Below, piece by piece: positions 27,924 through 35,896 of a DNA stretch of 64,000 bases (within the stretch, counting starts at the first letter, position 1; each line of letters starts with the position of its first letter). Where the stretch lies: assembly GCA_040217195.1 (NCBI GenBank), contig JAVJNR010000002.1:416001-480000 (forward strand), read 5' to 3'. Source of the DNA: Leptospiraceae bacterium. GTDB lineage: Bacteria; Spirochaetota; Leptospiria; Leptospirales; Leptonemataceae. Position numbers and translations under genes: made by a program. A model generated the notes under the pieces. The model was not told the DNA's origin. It made no database searches and worked only from the letters and a program-made list of their open reading frames with translations.

Positions 27924-30107
27924 TCAGTAACCCTGGGACCGTATTAGCTCGAATTTTTTTACCAGAGTAACCTGATTTCCTTTTCTATTGTATCTCACTG
28001 AATCGAATTCACTTCGGGCGATCTGAATTCCTCTTCCGTGTCCCAGTCTCTGCTCATTGGCCTGACTGGCGCCTTTTTGTAGCATCTCTTTATGGTTGAA
28101 TCCAGGACCTTCATCCGTAATGCGAAAACCTACGAATGATGGCGTCAGTATGTAATCCACCTTTACCTTTTTCTCGCGAAATCGGGCATCCCCCTGTCTG
28201 TTCCTGAATAGTTCAATGTAGGTACCGTTGGAGGTAGCGGCGGTTTTCTCTGCGTAGGTTATGTTTAGATTGCCATGCTCCATTGCATTGATTATCATTT
28301 CCCGCAGTCCCATTTGCATGGATGCGATCTGTTCACCTGTTAAGAAATGATGCAAATGCTGGGTAAGTCTCTGGCTCATCTGATCTCCCAGGGTAATATA
28401 GTTTGCCAGAAAATAGGTCTGCTTTTCTGAAAAGAGATACTGTCCCAGGGAATCTTCGATATAGGCAGAGGCGCGACCGTAGATCATGCCATCCGTATTG
28501 CTTCGGGCCCCCGGAATGTATTGTAGCAATACATTCATTTGCCTCGGTTCGCCCAGGATGTTCTTGAAATCAAAAGGAAAGGAAACGATGGATCGGCTTC
28601 GAATTACTTCTTCCATTTTATCCCGGAATAATAGCGAACCAATCGGCTCATGGGCTGCTAACTGAGTAATATTGGTTCCTATCAGTTTTCGCGGCGAACG
28701 CCCCAGATGGTTCTGGGACTGTCGGTTCATGGTAAGAACTTCACCGGTAGGCGAAATAGCAAAAATGAGTTCTGCAGAGTTTTCTACAAGCTGGCGGTAC
28801 TTCTCTTCGCTAAATGCCAGGCCTTGCTGCGCCTGCATAAGCTTGGAAACATTGGCCCTGAGTCTGCCCACAAGCTTTTCCTTCTGCCGATGTGCCGTGG
28901 AAAAAGCATTGGAAAGGGCTATGCCCATGCAGAACACAAAGGCCAGGAAACCTTCTTCGGTAAGCCCTACCATCGTAAATAGATTGAAATAACCGAGTAT
29001 ATCCAGTGTAGTTGTTATCCCAAAAATAATGTAACCGGCTACAATAATCCTGGCCTCCTGGATTCCTTTTCTCAAGGCTCTGAGGCTTACCAGGGTTCCC
29101 CAGACAATTCCAATTGTGTGCGAAACAAGGAATACGGGAACAATGTACTTCTCTGTGTAATAGAGGCCGGATTCCCAGAACAGGGCCGAAAGTCCAAACA
29201 GCGAAGCTATGCCGCAGAAGATAATTGGAGCAACGGTGGGAATTCGAATCCGAAATCGATAGAACTTCTTCAGGTACTGTAGATGAAATACTGCGATCCA
29301 TATGAGCGACTGGAACAGTATTTGATGCTCCAGAAGATAATTTTCATACCAGAAAGAGATAAGTGTATATAGCGAAAGTACAATCAATCCGAACGAGGCA
29401 GAGAAAAGTCCAAAGTATAAATAGGATAGAGCTCTCCTGTATAGAAGGAATAGTCCAATATGCTGCACTCCAACAGCAAGGAATATCAATCCAAGTACTG
29501 AGTGCCAGATCACATCTTTTAGAAAAAGAGATTCGATTTGATCCTGGGGTCCCAGAAATACACCGGAAGTAACAAAGCCACCCACTCCATGATAGCTTGC
29601 ACTTCGAATGGTTATTATGTTACGGCCGGGTTGCACTAATTCCAGAGGAATGGAATAAACGGATGTCCGATGGCCCGAAACCAGTAGATTGCCATCCGGG
29701 CCTATCAGACCATTCTTCCCCACCAGGTTTCCATTCCAGTATACTTCCACAGCTGCATCCGTATGAGGAAGTAAAAGAGCCAGCCCTTGCTTTTGCTGCT
29801 GCAATTGCTGAACTGCAGGATTCTGAATATCTACATTCAGGCGATACCAGGCACTTCCCTGGATATCCAGACCAGCCTGGTGCCAGCTCAAGGGAATTCG
29901 GATGGACTGAGCTTTTCTAATGGCCGGGGCAGAATGTAATACAGCTTCCTGAGGCAAATCTTCTGGAAAGAATAGCCATTCGCCGGCCAGACCGTGGATT
30001 TCTGCAGATGGAATAGAGGCAGTGCCCACTTCGCCATTCCGGTCCCGGGCCGGACTACATTGCGTTATGGATCCAAAAACCAGAAGCAGAACCATCCATG
30101 CATGCAT
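27924..30107 (-). CDS. 7TM-DISM-type sensor + PAS + RsbW-like HATPase (anti-sigma-factor kinase-like)
   Basis: Extracellular beta-domain 'LAGEWLF...SAWYRL...VYWNG'; 7 TMs; PAS 'KYRQLVENS'; 'LREMIINAMEHGN', 'ITDEGPGF', 'HGRGI' and 'YNRKGNQV'. Start uncertain (30107 or 30152). Confidence 0.82.
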   Translation of the reverse strand: MHAWMVLLLVFGSITQCSPARDRNGEVGTASIPSAEIHGLAGEWLFFPEDLPQEAVLHSAPAIRKAQSIRIPLSWHQAGLDIQGSAWYRLNVDIQNPAVQQLQQQKQGLALLLPHTDAAVEVYWNGNLVGKNGLIGPDGNLLVSGHRTSVYSIPLELVQPGRNIITIRSASYHGVGGFVTSGVFLGPQDQIESLFLKDVIWHSVLGLIFLAVGVQHIGLFLLYRRALSYLYFGLFSASFGLIVLSLYTLISFWYENYLLEHQILFQSLIWIAVFHLQYLKKFYRFRIRIPTVAPIIFCGIASLFGLSALFWESGLYYTEKYIVPVFLVSHTIGIVWGTLVSLRALRKGIQEARIIVAGYIIFGITTTLDILGYFNLFTMVGLTEEGFLAFVFCMGIALSNAFSTAHRQKEKLVGRLRANVSKLMQAQQGLAFSEEKYRQLVENSAELIFAISPTGEVLTMNRQSQNHLGRSPRKLIGTNITQLAAHEPIGSLLFRDKMEEVIRSRSIVSFPFDFKNILGEPRQMNVLLQYIPGARSNTDGMIYGRASAYIEDSLGQYLFSEKQTYFLANYITLGDQMSQRLTQHLHHFLTGEQIASMQMGLREMIINAMEHGNLNITYAEKTAATSNGTYIELFRNRQGDARFREKKVKVDYILTPSFVGFRITDEGPGFNHKEMLQKGASQANEQRLGHGRGIQIARSEFDSVRYNRKGNQVTLVKKFELIRSQGY

Positions 30108-30152
30108 GACATAATAGTTGTCTCTACTACTGTATTGCTGCAACCTTGCCAT

Positions 30153-31247
30153 GTGAGATCCCCGACCTTGCCATTGTACCCTATCGGCATCGGGACCTGG
30201 ATTCTGGTCCTGTGCCTCTGTTTTAGCGCAGGCTCCCTGTCCGGACAGCCCATTCCCTATGAGGACCCGGTTCCCAGAAATCGTCCAATACAATCTATTG
30301 CATTCGGTTCCTGTCTACGTCAGGATCGACCGGCACCGGTGCTAGATCAGATTCTGAGCAAGAAACCGGATGTATTCATTTTTCTGGGAGATAACGTTTA
30401 TGCAGACACTGAATCTGCCAGCAGAATGAAGGATGCCTACTCATTGCTGGGTACAAGGCCTCAGTTTCAAAAGCTAAGAAATCAATCTCGCATTCATGCA
30501 ATCTGGGACGATCATGATTACGGAGCCAATGATGCCGGTGCCTCTTTTCCATTTCGTCTGGGATCGGAAAAGATTTTCAAATCCTTCTGGGGATTATCCG
30601 GCAGCAAGCCCTATGAGAATCGGGAAGGGATCTATGCAGCTTTTCTTTACAGAACCGGCGGAGCAAATCCAATCAAGATTCAATTCATCTTACTCGATAC
30701 CCGTTCCTTTCGAAGTCCCTGGAATACGAAACCCTGGTGGCATTTCTTTGGAACAGACCTGGATGGACCATACATTCCAGACTCGGATCCAGATAAGACA
30801 ATGCTCGGTCCCGCTCAATGGAAATGGCTGGAGTATCAATTTCAAGTCCAGGCCGATGTGCGGATCGTTGCATCCAGCATCCAGGTACTTTCTGCAGCCA
30901 ATGGGTTTGAGACCTGGAGCAATTTTCCCCATGAAAGAACACGCATTCTGAAGCTGGCCCGCAGTAGCCAGGGAACTACAGTTTTTCTTTCCGGCGATCG
31001 TCACTTTGCGGAAATCAGTGCTCTGAGGTTTGAGAATAAAACTTTCTATGATGTAACGGCCAGTTCTTTGAATCAGCCTCTTGATTTTGGCGAGGAGAAA
31101 AATCCTCTTCGCCTGGGTTCTAGATATGCAGACTCTAACTTTGGGTTTATTCGAATCGATGATTCTAAACCCCGCTGGTCGGTAACAATGGAAATTCTGG
31201 ACCTGCAAGGTAGGGCTCAGGTTTCGCAAACTTTGACCGAGCCATGA
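30153..31247 (+). CDS. phoD: PhoD-like alkaline phosphatase
   Basis: 'IAFGSC', 'FLGDNVYAD', 'WDDHDY', 'LLDTRSFR', 'MLG.AQWKWL' and 'LSGDRH'; signal peptide from GTG 30153. Confidence 0.88.
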   Translation: MRSPTLPLYPIGIGTWILVLCLCFSAGSLSGQPIPYEDPVPRNRPIQSIAFGSCLRQDRPAPVLDQILSKKPDVFIFLGDNVYADTESASRMKDAYSLLGTRPQFQKLRNQSRIHAIWDDHDYGANDAGASFPFRLGSEKIFKSFWGLSGSKPYENREGIYAAFLYRTGGANPIKIQFILLDTRSFRSPWNTKPWWHFFGTDLDGPYIPDSDPDKTMLGPAQWKWLEYQFQVQADVRIVASSIQVLSAANGFETWSNFPHERTRILKLARSSQGTTVFLSGDRHFAEISALRFENKTFYDVTASSLNQPLDFGEEKNPLRLGSRYADSNFGFIRIDDSKPRWSVTMEILDLQGRAQVSQTLTEP

Positions 31248-31341
31248 GAAAGAAATGCACGGTGCAGTGTTCTTGTGTAGAACGTTACAGCCGGCTTTAA
31301 ATCTACCGGGTTATATCTGTTCTGTCCAGGGTACACAAGAA

Positions 31342-31364
31342 GGGCTCGAATTTAGCTCGAGCCC
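31342..31364. terminator. Hairpin between convergent phoD and merR-like genes
   Basis: GGGCTCGA-ATTTAGC-TCGAGCCC. Confidence 0.4.
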
Positions 31365-31384
31365 CTGGGAGAGGGTGGAAATGT

Positions 31385-31825
31385 TCAGCCTGCGAGGGCA
31401 GCTTGCTTCTCTAGCTCTATCAAGAAAGGACATTCAGAGGCTGGTGTTGTAGCATCTGCATCCTTTAAGAGCCCTTGAAGAGTTGATTGAGCGCCTTTTA
31501 GTTCAACGATCTTTTCATTGAGTTCTTCAATCTTCGAAACAACAAGCTCTTCCACTTCTTTGCACTGACGGTTTTCATCCGTTCTCATTCGAAGAAGTTC
31601 TTGAATTTCTTTTAAACTGAAGCCCAGTGCTTGAGCTTTTTTGATAAAGCGAATTCGAACCAGAGCATTTTCTGTATATTGTCTGTATCCAGATTCGTTC
31701 CTTTCGGGAGCAGGCAGCAGGCCACTTCGCTCATAATAGCGAATGGTCTGGAGGTTCACTCCTGCCCTCCGGGCCAATTTACCTGTAGTGTAGGTAACAC
31801 CGTTCTTTGCGGATAGTGTCTTCAT
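31385..31825 (-). CDS. MerR-family transcriptional regulator
   Basis: 'TGKLARRAGVNLQTIRYYERSGLL...GYRQY', 'FIKKAQALGFSLKEI' and C-terminal 'ECPFL'. Confidence 0.92.
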   Translation of the reverse strand: MKTLSAKNGVTYTTGKLARRAGVNLQTIRYYERSGLLPAPERNESGYRQYTENALVRIRFIKKAQALGFSLKEIQELLRMRTDENRQCKEVEELVVSKIEELNEKIVELKGAQSTLQGLLKDADATTPASECPFLIELEKQAALAG

Positions 31826-31919
31826 TCTGTTTCATATGACGAGCGAATCAGAAAAAAACTGTACTCAGGTGAAAATTTAATAGACTGATGCTTTTGACAG
31901 GTCGCAAGATCGATATCCC

Positions 31920-32558
31920 ATGTCGGCGCAAAAGAAGACAGAATTCGTTGTGCATATCCTGGATGACAACGCAAGAGATAAGTTGAAATCCTACTTCAGT
32001 TCCCTGGAAAAGGAGCTGGGACGGGAAGGCATGGGTACGGCCCTGTTTAATGTAGTTCAGGAGCTGGTCACAAATGCCGTGAAAGCTAACGTTAAACGGG
32101 TATTCTTCGAACAGAACCATTATAACCTGGAGGATCCTGCGGAATATCAGAAGGGTTTACAGGATTTTCGGGCCTTTTTCAGAACTCTTGATGCCAGGCA
32201 ATACCGTAAGACATTGAAGGAGATGCAGCTATCTGTACGGGTGGATGTGGACCTGGATCATCAAAGGCTCCTGATTTTTGTAAGGAATAATACAATCATG
32301 ATCCAGCAAGAAGAGGTCAGAATCCGAAAAAATCTGGCCGCAGCCATGGGTGTGAAAGATCTGGTTGAATTTAGCGTTCATTACGGAGATGAATCGGAAG
32401 GGAACGGCCTTGGTCTGGCCATGGTTGTTTTACTTATCAAGGATATGGGTTTTGATCCGGGATTCTTTCGGGTCTATCACAATGAGGGTCAAACTACGGC
32501 GAGACTGGAGTTCCCGCTGAGTGCAGATTACAGACCTCTTCGAAAGGTTGCAACCTGA
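31920..32558 (+). CDS. Stand-alone HATPase-like (GHKL) protein
   Basis: N-box 'QELVTNAVKAN' and G-box 'SEGNGLGLAMV'; no His box or sensor. Confidence 0.7.
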   Translation: MSAQKKTEFVVHILDDNARDKLKSYFSSLEKELGREGMGTALFNVVQELVTNAVKANVKRVFFEQNHYNLEDPAEYQKGLQDFRAFFRTLDARQYRKTLKEMQLSVRVDVDLDHQRLLIFVRNNTIMIQQEEVRIRKNLAAAMGVKDLVEFSVHYGDESEGNGLGLAMVVLLIKDMGFDPGFFRVYHNEGQTTARLEFPLSADYRPLRKVAT

Positions 32559-32627
32559 TCCATTGTTTCGAAGTTTTCGCAATGTAACAAAATCGGCCTT
32601 TTTGAGCCTGGGGATCCACCGGCAACT

Positions 32628-33809
32628 ATGGATATTTTTTCTGAATCATTGGCCTTTCATGAAAAGTTGAAAGGAAAACTGGACATCCGTTCCAAAGCAC
32701 ACATCGAAAGCAGGCATGACCTATCTTTGCTCTATACGCCCGGTGTTGCAGAAAGCTGCAGAGTAATCCACCGAGATCCAGAGCAAGCCCGGAACTTAAC
32801 TATTAAATCCGATACCGTGGCTGTAATCACCGATGGATCTGCAGTGCTGGGACTTGGCAATATTGGTCCCCTGGCAGCCCTCCCTGTGATGGAAGGGAAG
32901 TGTGTTTTATTCAAAGAGTACGCTGGTCTGAATGCATTTCCTATCTGTCTGGATACTCAGAACACCGTGGAAATCATTAACATTGTTCGCAACCTGGCTC
33001 CTGTGTTCGCTGGAATCAATCTAGAAGATATCAGTGCCCCTCGATGTTTTGAAATCGAAGCCGGGCTACAGGACATAGGAATACCTGTATTTCATGATGA
33101 TCAGCATGGAACGGCCATCGTTTTACTGGCTGGCTTGCTTAATGCTGCGAAGCTTGCAGGGAAGAGTCTGTCTGAGCTAAGGGTGGTGATCAATGGATCC
33201 GGCGCTGCAGGAACTGCCATCGCCGAACTTCTGCTTGGTGTGGGGCATGATCCTTCTGTGTCGGAGCCTGTAGCTGAAGTTTTGATGTGCGATACTAAAG
33301 GGATAATCTCTCGAAACCGCAATGACATAGAATCCTATCCTGCAAAGATGAAACTTGCAAGAATTACCAACAGACATGGACGGGATGGTGGACTAGATGA
33401 TGCTATCGAAGGGGCGGATGTATTTATTGGCGTTAGCGTCGAAGGCGCTCTGACTCCAGCCATGGTGCGAAAGATGAATCCTGATCCCATCATTTTCGCT
33501 CTTGCCAATCCAGTGCCAGAAATACTTCCGGAAGAGGCTTACGAAGCCGGTGCACTGGTTGTAGGCACCGGTCGCAGCGATTTCGCAAATCAGATAAACA
33601 ATGTTCTTGCATTCCCGGGAATATTCCGTGGTGCCATTGATGTGAAGGCCACCCGGATTACTTCTTCTATGAAGATTGCTGCGGCTCGTGCTCTGGCAGA
33701 TCATGTGGGTAAACCAGGAAGAGATCATATTATCCCTTCTGTTCTTGATAAGACGGCTGGCGAAGATGTGGCCAGAGCTGTTTCGCAGGCCTATGATCCT
33801 GAGGTCTAA
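32628..33809 (+). CDS. NAD(P)-dependent malic enzyme (short form)
   Basis: 'YTPGVA', 'TDGSAVLGLGNIG', 'PVMEGK', 'INLEDI', 'FHDDQHGTA' and 'NQINNVLAFPGIFRG'. Confidence 0.95.
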   Translation: MDIFSESLAFHEKLKGKLDIRSKAHIESRHDLSLLYTPGVAESCRVIHRDPEQARNLTIKSDTVAVITDGSAVLGLGNIGPLAALPVMEGKCVLFKEYAGLNAFPICLDTQNTVEIINIVRNLAPVFAGINLEDISAPRCFEIEAGLQDIGIPVFHDDQHGTAIVLLAGLLNAAKLAGKSLSELRVVINGSGAAGTAIAELLLGVGHDPSVSEPVAEVLMCDTKGIISRNRNDIESYPAKMKLARITNRHGRDGGLDDAIEGADVFIGVSVEGALTPAMVRKMNPDPIIFALANPVPEILPEEAYEAGALVVGTGRSDFANQINNVLAFPGIFRGAIDVKATRITSSMKIAAARALADHVGKPGRDHIIPSVLDKTAGEDVARAVSQAYDPEV

Positions 33810-34345
33810 AGATCCAGGGATTCCCCTTCCTTTAAAAACCGCTCTTCTTCTTCTGCAATACCTCGAAGCCTCTGCAGATCATCCAGGACCTGTTTGAGCA
33901 AATCCAGGGTCTGTTTTTGCTCCTTAACGCTTCTGGCCTGTTTCACTTTGAGCAGCAGTCGCAATGCATGATGGCTTGTGCGGAATACCTGTTCTTTGAG
34001 CTGTATGGGCGCTTCATCCAGCAGTAAATCCGTGGCCTCAATGATGCTCATCAGTACACTATCTGCCAGTTCCCCCGCGGGGCTTAGAGGATCCCCATCG
34101 TTGCCTGAAACGCCACTTTCGCTCCGGGAGCTGGCCGGGGCATCGCTGCGTTTTCTGGAAGCAATTATCTTCCAGATATGTGGATCATCCGTGGGCTTAA
34201 GATAGGCCGTGAGGGGACGATCATCGGGAAATAGAGAGCTATGGGCCGCCGGGATAAGTCGCACTCTTCGTAGCTTGCCCTGGACCTTCTTTGCTGGTTC
34301 CTGCTCGGATCCATGTTTTCCCGCGCCGCCGCTCATATCACCCAT
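33806..34345 (-). CDS. Hypothetical protein
   Basis: 179-aa ORF filling the gap, co-oriented with the next gene; helical C-terminus; no recognised motif. Confidence 0.55.
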   Translation of the reverse strand: MGDMSGGAGKHGSEQEPAKKVQGKLRRVRLIPAAHSSLFPDDRPLTAYLKPTDDPHIWKIIASRKRSDAPASSRSESGVSGNDGDPLSPAGELADSVLMSIIEATDLLLDEAPIQLKEQVFRTSHHALRLLLKVKQARSVKEQKQTLDLLKQVLDDLQRLRGIAEEEERFLKEGESLDL

Positions 34346-34444
34346 TGGAGCACATCCACTACAGGAAGGCGAGAAAATTATCAGTGTCGGAAACGGGGCT
34401 GGAAAGGGGTACGGGCCGGCATTGCCTGGCCCGGTAAAAAACGC

Positions 34445-34855
34445 CTACTGGCTGGCTTGGCTGTTTTCGGACTCTATGCGCTTCAGAACCTGAAGCAGAT
34501 AAGGACCGGATTCCACTACCTTGCCGTCCGGAAACTTGATCTTATAGGCAATACCTGTCATAGAAGATTCCGTGGCCAGATACTTGATAAACTGGCGGGC
34601 TGTCTTGATTTTATCCCCGGCATAATCATGTTTGCGCTTCAAATGTGAAACAGCCTTTTCCGCATCATACTCAATTCCGTTACGAATAAAAATAGCTCGG
34701 GTGGTTCGAATTTCCTGATAGAGTAAATTGATTTTCTGCTGCTCGGATAGGGCCCATAGATTCCCTGTTCCACCCAGAAAAAAGGTGAGTCCAAGTAGTA
34801 TCAGGCTGACCCTTTTTAAGGCCCTGCTCCGGGATTTCTCAATAGATGAATTCAT
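34445..34855 (-). CDS. Exported DUF5329-like protein
   Basis: Signal peptide; 'FIRNG.EY.AE.AVSHL.RK', 'TA.QFI..LATESSMTG..Y'. Confidence 0.8.
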   Translation of the reverse strand: MNSSIEKSRSRALKRVSLILLGLTFFLGGTGNLWALSEQQKINLLYQEIRTTRAIFIRNGIEYDAEKAVSHLKRKHDYAGDKIKTARQFIKYLATESSMTGIAYKIKFPDGKVVESGPYLLQVLKRIESENSQASQ

Positions 34856-34896
34856 AGCTTATTGCCTCCAGGATTATTCTAATGTAACCACTGCCG

Positions 34897-35811
34897 ATGA
34901 GTATCGAAAATCACCTTATGCAGCACTACCAACCATACCGGAAAACCAGAATTGCCACACTTAGCCTGATGGCATTGCTCGGGGTTCTGGCTTCCTGTTC
35001 TCTGGCAGATATTCGGCCAGACTCCCTAAAGACGGAAATTACTTCGGATCAGTTCGAAAAAGGCAGGAGGATTCTGAATCGGTCGGTGGAGGCCCATGGT
35101 GGTGTTGAGCGCTGGCAGCAATCCGGGCCCATTATTATCCGTTTTTCCGATGAATGGCCGGGATTTCTCAATCGGTCCCTTTTTATGCCCTGGCCAGAGA
35201 ATCCCATGCAAGCATCAATGTACATAGTCCCGGGAAAGGACGATGCCAGGATTGTAATGCAAAAAGGTGAATCCAGCGGGCAATTCATGGGACTGCAAAA
35301 TTGGATTCCTTACACCGGTCAGTCCGAGGATGGGCTATCGTCCCGGGTGGAACTGGAGCCAGGCAACGATGATATAAAGTTCTGGGTCCCAACATTGAAC
35401 TACTTTCTCCAGTTACCGTTTCGAATTGGAGAAGCAGATGTGGTGGCCTATGCCGGCGAAAAGGAACTGGACGGTCGCGTATTTGAGCTAGTATTCGTTT
35501 CCTGGAACCGTGCAGAGCCGCAGGAGATGGTGGATCAGTATCTGCTCTGGATAGAAAAGAAAACTGGATACATTGAGTATGCAACCTATACAGTACGAGA
35601 TATGGGCGGATTCGTAACCGGCACCATGCATTATTCGGATTTCAGGAATCAGGACGGTCTGGTGATTGCGCGAAAGCAGACTGTGGTAGACTCTCCGGAA
35701 GAGCATGGGGAGCCATTTCACCGGTTGACCATAGAAGAAATCCAGTTCGGAGCAGATCTGCCCGAAGGTGTAATCTTTCCGGCTCCGGATCAGGCAGCTG
35801 ATAAATACTGA
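34897..35811 (+). CDS. Hypothetical lipoprotein
   Basis: Lipobox 'LASC'; 'VEAHGG.ERW' motif; beta-rich C-terminus. Confidence 0.75.
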   Translation: MSIENHLMQHYQPYRKTRIATLSLMALLGVLASCSLADIRPDSLKTEITSDQFEKGRRILNRSVEAHGGVERWQQSGPIIIRFSDEWPGFLNRSLFMPWPENPMQASMYIVPGKDDARIVMQKGESSGQFMGLQNWIPYTGQSEDGLSSRVELEPGNDDIKFWVPTLNYFLQLPFRIGEADVVAYAGEKELDGRVFELVFVSWNRAEPQEMVDQYLLWIEKKTGYIEYATYTVRDMGGFVTGTMHYSDFRNQDGLVIARKQTVVDSPEEHGEPFHRLTIEEIQFGADLPEGVIFPAPDQAADKY

Positions 35812-35896
35812 GCCCTCCAATTGCCTCGGGCCCTGCAGGGCTCAGAACGGTTGACAGATTCATCGGCCATGAGTCCCGTTGCGAACGGGGGATTCG

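Noticed and set aside
29994..30293. Apparent 300-nt overlap of phoD and the 7TM sensor (also 17583-17629 between the two SBPs)
   Set aside because: An artefact of longest-ORF starts; signal peptides point to downstream starts.
31826..31919. MerR-type operator (dyad inside a 19-bp spacer)
   Set aside because: TTGACA is present near 31894, but there is no convincing dyad or correctly spaced -10.
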